Source: an uncultured Methylomirabilota bacterium (GTDB lineage: Bacteria > Methylomirabilota > Methylomirabilia > Methylomirabilales > 2-02-FULL-66-22). Taken from it: 64,000 nt of DNA. Location of the stretch: positions 320,001 to 384,000 of the forward strand of contig CAWJSJ010000002.1 in NCBI GenBank assembly GCA_963845565.1. The letters are read 5' to 3'. This document shows positions 43,195 through 52,060 of this stretch, one piece after another. A program made the position numbers and the translations under genes. The notes beneath the pieces are model-generated. The model worked only from the letters and a program-made list of their open reading frames with translations. It was not told the DNA's origin and searched no databases. Positions within the stretch are counted from its first letter, which is position 1, and every line of letters begins with the position of its first letter.

Positions 43195-43945
43195 ATGGAA
43201 CTCAGCGGGCAGGTGGCGATCGTCACGGGGGCGGGGCGGGGCATCGGCCGGGCGACGGCGCTGGCGCTGGCCCGGCGCGGCATCGTGGTTGTTCTGGTGT
43301 GCCCGCACGCGACCGGAGATCGATTCGGTGGCCAGCGAGGCAGAGGCGGTGGGAGCGACGGCCTTGCCGGTCGTCGCCGATCTCGGCCAAGAAGACGAGG
43401 TTGCCGGCATGGTGGACCGAACGCTCCAGGCGTATGGCCGCGTGGACATCCTGGTGAACAACGCCGGGATCGCGCTCCCGGAGCGGCCCGTGGTGGACAC
43501 CAGCCTTGCCGACTGGGAGCGGATCCTCCGGGTCAACCTGACCGGCCCCTTCCTGTGCGCGAGGGCCGTGCTGCCCATCATGATGCGCCAGCAGTCGGGC
43601 AAGATCATCAACGTCGCGTCCATCGGGGGGCGGATGGGGATCGCCGGCATCGCCGCCTACGGCGCAGCCAAGGCGGGGCTGCTCCACTTCACGGCCAGCC
43701 TCGCGGCGGAGGTGAAGCGGTTCGGGATCGACGTGAACGCCGTCTGCCCCAGCGGGACGGACACCCGGATGCTTCACGAGGCCGGTCGGGCAAAGGGGCG
43801 GACCAACCTGATCCGGCCCGAGGAGATCGCGAACGTGATCCTGTTTCTGGTCTCCCCCGAATCCTCGGCCATCACGGGAACGGCCATTGACGCCTACGGA
43901 ATGAGCAACCCCCTGTTCGGGCCCTTGCTGCCGGGCGGGAAGTGA
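43195..43945 (+). CDS. Short-chain dehydrogenase/reductase (frameshift near 43300)
   Basis: TGAGRGIG, NNAG, YGAAK. Confidence 0.9.
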
Positions 43946-44210
43946 CGGCGGCGACGCCGCCGGTGATCTCGTTCTCCGGCGGGCCCTTCTGTCCCGTGCG
44001 CCTGATGCGGCGGGTCCGAATACTGAGGCGCGGCGAGACGAGGCGGGGATGAAGGAAAGATCAGGCGCTTCACGGCAGGCGTTCTTTATGAATGGAGAAG
44101 GACCATCGAATCCACCCCGGCAGAAACACTCACGCTCAGGCGGCCCCCGTCTTCTGGCAACCGGTGGCGGTCAATGGTCTATTTATCTTGCCCGAATACC
44201 CTACTCCGCG

Positions 44211-44325
44211 CTAAACAGGCTGCTGAAAATGCCCATCTGCGTCGTTGGAGCGCTCGGGCACTCGTTGCGGCGTACCGGAAGTACGCCTCACTTGACCCTT
44301 TGCACTCCGCCTAGCATCTGGACCT
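44211..44325. mobile_element. MITE-like repeat, copy 3 (opposite orientation, truncated and diverged)
   Basis: CTAAACAGGCTGCTGAAAATGCCCATCTGCGTCGTTGG...GCATCTGGACCT is the reverse complement of the shared core. Confidence 0.7.
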
Positions 44326-44344
44326 GTCATTCTTTGACAACGGC

Positions 44345-44830
44345 TTACTTCGGTTTTTCTCCCAACGGGCCGACGGCAATCGTCACCTTGGTCGTCCCTG
44401 TCCAACTTTCAGTAATTCTGATGGTGGCAGTTTTCTCAGGTTTTGAGAAGCTGAGATGCGCTTCCTTTCCTTTGAAGGAGTTCACAAACGTCCACCCATC
44501 CTTTGCCATATTGTACACAAAGAAATCGATCAACGACGGAACGTCGAGGCGCCATTTTGAGAAGCGGAGAACGCCCGCTTTGAACTTCGCGGTTTCATAG
44601 AGCATCGATTCATCCGCATCATAATTCAATTCGCTCGGGACGCGGACATCATCAAGGTAAACCCTCCCCAGTTCCCCCCCTGCTGCACTTCCCCCTGCAG
44701 TTGGTCCCGTTACCGGTTGACCCGGTTGCTGCTCTGCGGTAGTCGTCGAACAGCCCATTCCCGCTAATCCGAAAAGCGCAACCCAGCACATCGCCATCAC
44801 CAACTTCTTCTGAACGATTTTGGCAAACAT
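44345..44830 (-). CDS. Hypothetical lipoprotein, visibly lower GC than its neighbours
   Basis: Signal ending LAGMGC (lipobox-like); GGAGG RBS. Confidence 0.75.
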   Translation of the reverse strand: MFAKIVQKKLVMAMCWVALFGLAGMGCSTTTAEQQPGQPVTGPTAGGSAAGGELGRVYLDDVRVPSELNYDADESMLYETAKFKAGVLRFSKWRLDVPSLIDFFVYNMAKDGWTFVNSFKGKEAHLSFSKPEKTATIRITESWTGTTKVTIAVGPLGEKPK

Positions 44831-45149
44831 GGGTTCCTCCTGTTCTGCGAGACAAGTTGAAGTTTTGTACCTTTCGGGCGAAAGAATAGCAAGAGGAAAA
44901 AGGGGCCCGTGTGAACGGAATATGGCGTGGCTCGCCCCGCGATCTGCACTCTTCCAACACGCTGCCTTACGAACCGAGCGGCACGGCGGGAGAGGATTGA
45001 CCCTGCATGTCCCGAGGCTCGTGGGGCTCTGGGTCCTCGGTCGGCTATCGAGCCGGCGTGGATCGGCGTACCTGGCGCCAGAACACACAGAACACCAGAG
45101 ATTCCAGCCGACAAACGGCGAGCGATGATCTGGGGGCCGCACGCCCGGC

Positions 45150-45468
45150 GCGACCCGCCACGACTTCGTCGCCATCGGCTCCCTGACGCTGATGCCCACC
45201 GTGCTCAGCGTTCCGGTCGACAGCCCCTGGAAGAGCGTCGCCGACCTGGTGAAGGACGCCAAGGCCAAGCCGGGGTTCTACGCCTTCGGCTCCTCCGGCG
45301 TGCTCACACCGACCCACATCGGAGCCGAACAGTTCGCGCGGGCGTACGGGCGGTGAGGTTCGCTTCATGACCGGTCCGGAACTGGCCAGGTATTGGGACA
45401 AGGAATCCGAGGACAACATCCAGATCCTGAAGCAGCTCCAGAAGGAAGGCGTCAAGCCGGGCCAGTGA
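45150..45468 (+). pseudogene. Remnant of tripartite tricarboxylate transporter binding protein (Bug/TctC)
   Basis: DFVAIGSLTLMPTVLSVPVDSPWKSVADLVKDAKAKPG..FGSSG..HIGAE joined directly to a C-terminal FMTGPELARYWDKESE..; N-terminus and middle missing. Confidence 0.7.
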
Positions 45469-45492
45469 GCCGCGGTCGGTGCGCAGCTCACG

Positions 45493-45528
45493 AAAAAGGC
45501 CCTCTGGCCGACTTGGCCGGAGGGCCTT
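45493..45528 (-). terminator. Rho-independent terminator of the cupin-Ldh operon
   Basis: AAGGCCCTCCGGCC/GGCCAGAGGGCCTT stem followed by a T-run on the minus strand, just after the stop at 45543. Confidence 0.7.
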
Positions 45529-45542
45529 CGTGTTCAGGAAAG

Positions 45543-46610
45543 TCAGTCCAGGCGATCCGCGAGCTTGAGCTCCGCGGCCAGCCCTTGCAGGCTCGCCACG
45601 ACGGCCGGGGCCAGCGGGACTCCATGCTCCAGGCGGTCGCGCATCCGATAGTATTCGATCTCGCCCGGCAACCAGATCCGGTCCACGGTCTCCATGCGCT
45701 TGGATTCCCGGATCTCTCGGATCGACCGATCCATCTCCTGCTTGAAGCTCTCGACGGACTGGAAATTGTCCACCCGCATCGCCAGGATCATGTGTCCGCT
45801 GTTGTTCCGGGCGCCGAGATCCTTGTTGAAGTCGACCACGTTGCGGCCGAAGGCCCCCCCGTTGAGCACGCCGGCCAGCATGCCGATGATCACGTTCAGG
45901 CCATACCCCTTGTAGCCCCCGATCGGCAAGAGGAACCCCTCGGAGGAGCGTTTGGGGTCGGTGAGGGGCTGTCCGTGCCGGTCGATCATCCAGCCGACCG
46001 GAATCGACTCCCCCTTCTGGGCCGCCAGCTTCACCTTGCCGTAGGAGGTCACCGTCGTTGCGATATCCAACACGACGGGCGGTTCCGTGCCGGCCGGAAC
46101 GGCGAAGGAGATAGGATTCGTGCCCAGGATCAGCTCGACCCCACCCCAGGGTGCCATGTGGTTCCCGTTCGCCACGGTCATGTACATGCCGATCATATCG
46201 TGCGCCAGCGGCATCGAGGAGTAGACGGCGCCGGCACCCGCGTGATTGCCGTTGCGCGTCCCGACCCATGCCAGGCCGGACTCCGCGGCCTTCTTGATCG
46301 CCAACTGGGTCGCGTAGGTCATCACCACGTGGCCCATGGCGTTGTCCCCGTCCACCAGCGCCGTCACCGCGTTCTCGCGGATGGTCCGCACCGTCGGACG
46401 CAGGTTGATCCCGTTGGCGCGAATCCGTTGGCTATAGTGGGGCAGGCGGAAGATGCCGTGGGTGTCCACGCCGCGCAGGTCTGCCTCCACCATGCGGGTC
46501 GCGCAGATCGCCGCATCCTGCTCCGTAAGCCCCAGCGCCACCAATGCGCTGGCGATGAAGGCCTCCAATCGCCGTACCGGAAATGTGCGTGCGGTTCCTT
46601 CGGATGCCAT
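45543..46610 (-). CDS. Ldh_2 family (type-2 malate/L-lactate dehydrogenase-like) oxidoreductase
   Basis: ADLRGVDTHG, NHAG, GTNPI, LDIAT, GGYKGYGL, WLPGE. Confidence 0.92.
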   Translation of the reverse strand: MASEGTARTFPVRRLEAFIASALVALGLTEQDAAICATRMVEADLRGVDTHGIFRLPHYSQRIRANGINLRPTVRTIRENAVTALVDGDNAMGHVVMTYATQLAIKKAAESGLAWVGTRNGNHAGAGAVYSSMPLAHDMIGMYMTVANGNHMAPWGGVELILGTNPISFAVPAGTEPPVVLDIATTVTSYGKVKLAAQKGESIPVGWMIDRHGQPLTDPKRSSEGFLLPIGGYKGYGLNVIIGMLAGVLNGGAFGRNVVDFNKDLGARNNSGHMILAMRVDNFQSVESFKQEMDRSIREIRESKRMETVDRIWLPGEIEYYRMRDRLEHGVPLAPAVVASLQGLAAELKLADRLD

Positions 46611-46692
46611 GCGATATCTCCCTTCGTCCCTGGAGTCGTGAGTGGGAAATGCGATCCCGCGGTGCGGCGTCCGGCGCCGACCCTCGGCGGCG

Positions 46693-47142
46693 CTACTTCC
46701 CGTGCTCGGATGCGATGCTGTGCGTCTCCCCGGTGGCGATGAGGGTGCGGGTTGCGCCGGGAGAGGCGTAGGTCCAGAAGATCCGGAGCGGCTGCGCGTC
46801 GGAGGTGTTCTTGAATCGGTGCGGCACACCGGCGGGGACCCAGGTCGTGTCGAACGTATTGACCGCGTGATCCGCCCCGTCCAGCTCCACTACCCCTTGC
46901 CCTTCGAGGACGATCACGCTCTCCTCACAGTTGTGCGCATGAAGCCCGATCGCCTTCCCCGGGGCAATGACGGTGATCCCGTTGAGCATCTGCTGGGAGC
47001 CGACCCGGGGAGAGACCAGCGGGATCGTCTTGTTGCCGCCGCCCCGGTCGGTCGCGGGCAGCTCGGCCGGGCGCAGGATGGTGAACCTCGCCGGGGGTTC
47101 GGGCCGACTGATCGGCTCAGGGGGAGCGGTTGACGCACTCAT
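46693..47142 (-). CDS. Cupin domain protein
   Basis: LHAHNCEE..LEG..VPAGVPHRFKN. Confidence 0.88.
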   Translation of the reverse strand: MSASTAPPEPISRPEPPARFTILRPAELPATDRGGGNKTIPLVSPRVGSQQMLNGITVIAPGKAIGLHAHNCEESVIVLEGQGVVELDGADHAVNTFDTTWVPAGVPHRFKNTSDAQPLRIFWTYASPGATRTLIATGETHSIASEHGK

Positions 47143-47377
47143 GCCGAGATCCTTTCGCGCGTTTTCATTGCGCTGGCGTGCAACAGAAAATGAGCGGAAT
47201 ACCACGATCGGGCTCTGCCTTTTCTATCACAGGCTCCGCTTCGCGCGCAACACTGCCCACCGAACCAATAGGGCCCCGAAAGGCAAGTGAAACCGGACGC
47301 ACCGTTTTCAACGTGTTGGAAGTCGGTCACCGGCCAATGCTTCGATCGGGAGAGATTTCTGCTTGCCGTCGGCGCGG

Positions 47378-47497
47378 GCCGATCAGGCCTGGCCGGCGTA
47401 GCTGAGGGCGGTGAGCACGTACACCTTGGCGGCTCGCACGAGGTCGGCGAAGGGGACCGGCCCCAGGTCGGCGTAGGCGCCCTGGCCACCGGGACCG
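47378..47497. repeat. 120-bp direct repeat, a copy of the 3' end of the M20 gene (52056-52175)
   Basis: First 65 bp identical, 6 substitutions over 120 bp by manual alignment. Confidence 0.9.
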
Positions 47498-47535
47498 GGG
47501 GCGGCCCGCAATCCATCGCCGGTGGCCGTCGGGCT

Positions 47536-48684
47536 TCAGCGGGATGCCGGGATGACCCGCAGGATGCGCCCGTCGCTGTGGTCGGTCAACAGATACGGGT
47601 GCCCATCCGGCCCTTGCCGCACGTCTCGGATCCGCTCGCCCAGGTCGCCGAGGTAGCGCTCTTCCAGCGCCACGCGCCCGTCTGCCAGGCGCAGCCGGAC
47701 CAGGAGCCCCGGCCGGAGCGAGCCGATCAGGAGGCTGCCCTTCCAGGCGGGGATCGCATCGCCGGTGTAGAAGAGCAGACCGGACGGCGCGATCACCGGA
47801 TCCCAGTAGTAGAGCGGCTGCTCCATGCCCGGCTTGGCCGTCCCCTCGCCGATCTTCGGTCCCCAGTATTCCGCGCCGTAGGTGATGACGGGCCAGCCGT
47901 AGTTCTTGCCGACCTCGGGCCGGTTCAGCTCGTCGCCGCCGCGCGGCCCATGCTCCACGATCCAGAGCTGTCCGGTCTCCGGATGGAGCGTGGCGCCCTG
48001 GACGTTGCGATGGCCGTAGGACCAGATCTCGGGCTGGGCGCCGGCGCGGCCGACGAACGGGTTGTCGGCCGGTACCGTTCCGTCCGGATGGATGCGCACA
48101 ATCTTTCCCATCCCGACCACCAGGTCCTGCGCGCCGTTCCGGTAGGCGTACCGATCCCCCTGTGTGATGAACAGCGTGCCGTCCCGGCCGAAGACGAGCC
48201 GGGACCCGAAATGGTTCGTGCCCGAGACCTTCGGCCGCTGCCGGTAGATCACGCGGACGTTTTCGATCCCGCTGTCGCCGAGCCGGCCGCGCGCGACCGC
48301 GGTTCCGGCCGTGCCGCCATCGCCGGGCTCCGCGTAGCTCAGGTAGACGAGGCGGTTCTCGCCGAAGCGCGGGTCCAGGGCCACGTCGAGCAGGCCGCCT
48401 TGCCCGCGGGCCTGAACCGCCGGCACCCCGGCAAACGGTGCGGAGATCCCCCCATCCTTGCCCACCATCCGGAGCCGCCCGGGCCGCTCCGTGACCAGCA
48501 TGCGGCCATCCGGCAAGAACGCCAGCCCCCAGGGATGCTCGAGGCCGCGGGCCACGGTCTCCGCACGGACCACGCCGTCAATCGGCTTCGGCGTCGGCGA
48601 CCGCGGCGCTTGCGCTTCCACACCCCCGACCACACCAAGCAGCGCCCAGACGCCGACCACGATCCGTACCAGCCCGTGTGACAT
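47536..48684 (-). CDS. PQQ-dependent soluble aldose sugar dehydrogenase (YliI/Asd-like), secreted
   Basis: [54 protein letters not shown]. Confidence 0.92.
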   Translation of the reverse strand: MSHGLVRIVVGVWALLGVVGGVEAQAPRSPTPKPIDGVVRAETVARGLEHPWGLAFLPDGRMLVTERPGRLRMVGKDGGISAPFAGVPAVQARGQGGLLDVALDPRFGENRLVYLSYAEPGDGGTAGTAVARGRLGDSGIENVRVIYRQRPKVSGTNHFGSRLVFGRDGTLFITQGDRYAYRNGAQDLVVGMGKIVRIHPDGTVPADNPFVGRAGAQPEIWSYGHRNVQGATLHPETGQLWIVEHGPRGGDELNRPEVGKNYGWPVITYGAEYWGPKIGEGTAKPGMEQPLYYWDPVIAPSGLLFYTGDAIPAWKGSLLIGSLRPGLLVRLRLADGRVALEERYLGDLGERIRDVRQGPDGHPYLLTDHSDGRILRVIPASR

Positions 48685-48841
48685 CTTTGCCTCCTCCACG
48701 CCGTGCCTTGGCCTCGCTTCCCCGAGAGACCCCGCAAAGCATCGTAGGCCGCTAGCCGCGTCGAGGCAAGGGTCGGCACTCGGGAGACAGGAGGCAGCCC
48801 AGACAGATGCAGGAAGAATGCCGCGGATCGACGGTCCGCTA

Positions 48842-49165
48842 TTAAAGCAGACGCAGGCGGAGGAGGCGTTGGGCCAGGCGGTAGATGTCCTCGCGCGACC
48901 CTTCCGCGCGGCGACCAATTGCGACGACCAGGACCTCGACGTGGGCCTGGTGAACTCGGTAGACGATCCGAAAGCGCTGACCCGCGGCTCTTAGGCTGCG
49001 GTATCCCTTGAGCTCACCCAAGAGCGCCTTTCCTTGGAGTTCGGGATCCACTGCCAGTCCGTCGATACGATCGCGGACCCGCTCCCGCGTGCGGCGGTCC
49101 GTGATGGCAACGAGCATGGACCGTGCCGTGGGCGTCAGGACGAGCCGATACTGAGCGGGCGTCAC
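48842..49165 (-). CDS. RelE/ParE family toxin
   Basis: [33 protein letters not shown] overlap with the antitoxin. Confidence 0.88.
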   Translation of the reverse strand: MTPAQYRLVLTPTARSMLVAITDRRTRERVRDRIDGLAVDPELQGKALLGELKGYRSLRAAGQRFRIVYRVHQAHVEVLVVAIGRRAEGSREDIYRLAQRLLRLRLL

Positions 49166-49437
49166 AGGTGCAGATCCTGTTTCACTTTCTCCCACGGGAT
49201 GGTTTTTCCGGTCCGCACTTCTTTCAGACTCCGGTGCAGCGCCAGCATCAGCGTCTCATCCCCCAGGACCTCCAGCGTCTCCACCAGACTCTCGTAGAAA
49301 TCGTACGGCATGACTGTCAGGACGGGTTTGCCCCGCTTTGTCACGGTGACGGCTTCGGTCGCGGGCGGGCGGTTCAACTGCTCGGCCAGATCCAGGAGTT
49401 GCGATCGGGCCTCGGTGATGGTCAGTGTTTTCGCCAT
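49162..49437 (-). CDS. Phd/YefM family antitoxin
   Basis: LTITEARSQL..VTVTKRGKPV..YESLVETLEVL. Confidence 0.9.
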   Translation of the reverse strand: MAKTLTITEARSQLLDLAEQLNRPPATEAVTVTKRGKPVLTVMPYDFYESLVETLEVLGDETLMLALHRSLKEVRTGKTIPWEKVKQDLHL

Positions 49438-49452
49438 CGCTGGGTCTCCTCT

Positions 49453-49492
49453 CTGTACAGTGCAATGTACAGTCCGCTGCCCATTTCGTCAA
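49453..49492 (-). promoter_or_regulatory. Toxin-antitoxin promoter with paired TGTACA operator
   Basis: TTGACG(49492-49487)-N17-TACATT(49469-49464); TGTACA at 49454-49459 and 49466-49471. Confidence 0.75.
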
Positions 49493-49504
49493 TTGGAAAC
49501 CCGC

Positions 49505-49656
49505 AATTCGGGGGACACCATACTCATTTCCGCTGTCGTGCCGCGGGTTCCGGCGTTGGATAATGGGTTGCGAGATGCCGGAGGACCGCCCGGGCAATGC
49601 GCTCCATGGCTTCAACCCGGGATCTACTCCTCAAATTCAATGGTGTCCCCAGAATT
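49505..49656 (-). mobile_element. Non-autonomous miniature Y1-transposase element
   Basis: Inverted ends AATTCGGGGGACACCAT and ATGGTGTCCCCAGAATT (16/17); interior reads MERIARAV/GISQPIIQRRNPRHD across one frameshift. Confidence 0.7.
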
Positions 49657-49794
49657 CCGGGGGATAGAATCGGGGAGCGATCCCCGCAATGGGTCTTCGG
49701 CCGATCCATGTCGTCCCGAACGGCTTGCCGCATTTATTTCAGCGTTGCACGCCTGACTGTGCTGGTGCAATACATACCGTTGGCGACCGCCCCA

Positions 49795-49823
49795 TTGACA
49801 GAGGGGCCCCAATTGCTTACAGT
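49795..49823 (+). promoter_or_regulatory. sigma70-like promoter of the HU gene
   Basis: TTGACA-N17-TACAGT. Confidence 0.6.
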
Positions 49824-49880
49824 GCCCCTGCACCCCGCTGGAGACGCGGGGATCATGTCCACTCACACACGGGAGGCGCT

Positions 49881-50180
49881 ATGGCCAAGGTGATGACGAA
49901 GACGCAGGTAGTCGCCCATCTGGCGGAGCAGGTCGAGTTGCCCAAGAAGACGGTGGCGTCCGTGCTCGAGGCCCTCGTGGCCCTCGCCACGAAAGAAGCC
50001 AAGGCGACCGGGCAGTTCGTGGTCCCCGGGCTGGGAAAGGCCGTGAAAGCCGCCCGCAAGGCGCGCATGGGCCGGAATCCGCAGACGGGGGCGGCCATCA
50101 AGATCCCGGCAAAGACCGTGGTGCGCTTCCGCTTGGCTAAGGCGTTCAAGGACGCCATCGTCCCGCCGAAGAAGAAGTAG
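49881..50180 (+). CDS. hup: HU family DNA-binding protein
   Basis: MTKTQVV..RKARMGRNPQTGAAIKIPAK..FR; GGAGG RBS. Confidence 0.93.
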   Translation: MAKVMTKTQVVAHLAEQVELPKKTVASVLEALVALATKEAKATGQFVVPGLGKAVKAARKARMGRNPQTGAAIKIPAKTVVRFRLAKAFKDAIVPPKKK

Positions 50181-50209
50181 CCATCGCACCCGCCAGGCTC
50201 GTCCATTGG

Positions 50210-50250
50210 TCACCCCACCCGCCGCGGGCCGCCCGCGGCGGGTGGGGTGA
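50210..50250. other. 20-bp perfect inverted repeat downstream of HU
   Basis: TCACCCCACCCGCCGCGGGC-C-GCCCGCGGCGGGTGGGGTGA. Confidence 0.7.
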
Positions 50251-50265
50251 TACGGGCCTCGTCGA

Positions 50266-50479
50266 TTGCCCGCCGGACCGGCTGGCCTCGTACGAACGCC
50301 TCGGTTGACAGTCGGGCAATTCGCCGATCCGCGCAAACAGAGTGACCGCGCTGACAGCCCGCATCACCGACGGGACGTATCAGGTGCCCGGTGCGGACAT
50401 CGCCGCGCGCATGTTGGCGGACGAGGCGGACGTCGTTTTCTCGGCGAGACCAAGGACAACAGCGCAAGAGGTTCGTTGA
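50266..50479 (+). pseudogene. Short FlgM-like (anti-sigma-28 C-terminal motif) ORF, frameshifted or remnant
   Basis: 50327-50479 reads IRANRVTALTARITDGTYQVPGADIAARML..; upstream frame gives LVRTPRLTVGQFAD. Confidence 0.55.
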
Positions 50480-50540
50480 TCGCGCGTCGTCGCTGCCCGG
50501 ATGCCCGGGCGGGCCTTGGAACACGTGAAAGGAGTGACGC

Positions 50541-50954
50541 ATGGCGGCACCGCTAGACTACCAGTTTGACCACATTCATGTGTTTTGTTCGAACGTCGAG
50601 GCCACCGAGCGCTGGTTCGTCGCGGGGCTCGGCGCCGAGCTTGTGGAGCGCCGAGCCGCGCGGGGAGCGCTCACCACCGAACTGCGGTTGGGTGGCACCC
50701 AGGTACTGATCCGGGGTGCCCGGGAGGGGGAGCAGCTGGTGCCGGCCGGCGTGCGTCACTTTGGCACGGACCACTTCGGCCTCCAGGTCGCCGATGTGGA
50801 TGCCACCGTCGCGGAGCTGCGACGGCGGGGGGTCACGATCGACGTCGAGCCCTGGGATTTCGGGCCGCACCTGCGGATCGCCTTCGTCAAGGGACCGGAT
50901 GACGTCCGGATCGAACTCCTTCAAACCAAAACAGCGCCGACCGCCACCGCGTAG
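50541..50954 (+). CDS. VOC/glyoxalase family protein
   Basis: FDHIH, DHFGLQVAD, IAFVKGPDDVRIEL. Confidence 0.88.
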   Translation: MAAPLDYQFDHIHVFCSNVEATERWFVAGLGAELVERRAARGALTTELRLGGTQVLIRGAREGEQLVPAGVRHFGTDHFGLQVADVDATVAELRRRGVTIDVEPWDFGPHLRIAFVKGPDDVRIELLQTKTAPTATA

Positions 50955-51144
50955 GGAGGCGTGGCCACGCAGGCGCCGTGAGGGGTCGGGAGAGAACACT
51001 CCCGACGGAAAAGGCATCGGTCGAGCCGCGGGGCGAGGAGATTCGCTCCAGAAACCCAACGGTTGGGGGCGGTGAAACCGATCCCGGGGTGTGATACAGT
51101 CCCGACGTTCGGATGCCGCATTCCCACTTACACCGGAGGATGTC

Positions 51145-51894
51145 ATGGAACTACAAGGAGCCGTTGCCGTCGTCACCGGAGCCACGGGGGGCCTCGGGCA
51201 GCGGATCGCCCGGGCGTTAGCCGTCCAGGGGGCGCATGTCGCCGGGATCTACCAAACCTCACAGGCACAAGCCGAGGCGTTGGTCGCCGAATGGTCGGCC
51301 CTGGGGTCGCGCAGTGCGGCCTTTCAGGCCGATGTCACCGACGCGGCCTCGATCCAGCCGATGGTCGAGCGGATCCTGGCCGAGTTCGGCCGAATAGACA
51401 TTCTCGTCAACAACGCCGCCTACAACCAACTGGTGCCGTTCAAGGATCTGGACGGGCTGACGCTGGAGTTGTGGGAGCGCATCCTCCGGATCAATACCAC
51501 CGGCCCCTTCCTCTGCGTCAAGGCCGTGGCGCCGGTCATGCAGCGCCAGAAGCAGGGGCGGATCGTCAACGTGACCTCGGTCGCCGGGCTGGCCCCATCC
51601 GGGAGCAGCATCGCCTACGCCGTCTCCAAGGCGGCGCTCACCCACTTGACGCGCTGCCTGGCCGTGGCACTGGGCCCCGAGATCGCCGTCAACGCCGTGG
51701 CGCCCGGGCTGCTGCGCGGCACGAAAATGACGGCCCGGCTGTCGCCCGATTTCGTCGAGCGGGGGCTCAAGCAGTCCGCGCTGCAGAAGCTGGTGGAGCT
51801 GGACGACGTGGCCGACCAGGTCGTGACGTTTTGCCGGAGCGACAGCACGACCGGGCAGGTGATGGTGGTGGATGCGGGGCGGGTGTACCACTAG
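51145..51894 (+). CDS. Short-chain dehydrogenase/reductase
   Basis: TGATGGLG, NNAA, YAVSK, VNAVAPG. Confidence 0.92.
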   Translation: MELQGAVAVVTGATGGLGQRIARALAVQGAHVAGIYQTSQAQAEALVAEWSALGSRSAAFQADVTDAASIQPMVERILAEFGRIDILVNNAAYNQLVPFKDLDGLTLELWERILRINTTGPFLCVKAVAPVMQRQKQGRIVNVTSVAGLAPSGSSIAYAVSKAALTHLTRCLAVALGPEIAVNAVAPGLLRGTKMTARLSPDFVERGLKQSALQKLVELDDVADQVVTFCRSDSTTGQVMVVDAGRVYH

Positions 51895-52060
51895 ACGGGG
51901 ACGACACGGACCTGGCCTCTGCAAGGCATGCGGCCGTTTCGTGAGGAACGCCAATTATTGCGCGGACGTCGGCTGGATTCCCGTGGCGGTTGCCCACCGC
52001 CACGGCACGAAAGAGAGGGGCGGTATTCCATGGGTTTGGTGGTGCGGACGGGTGAGCCGA

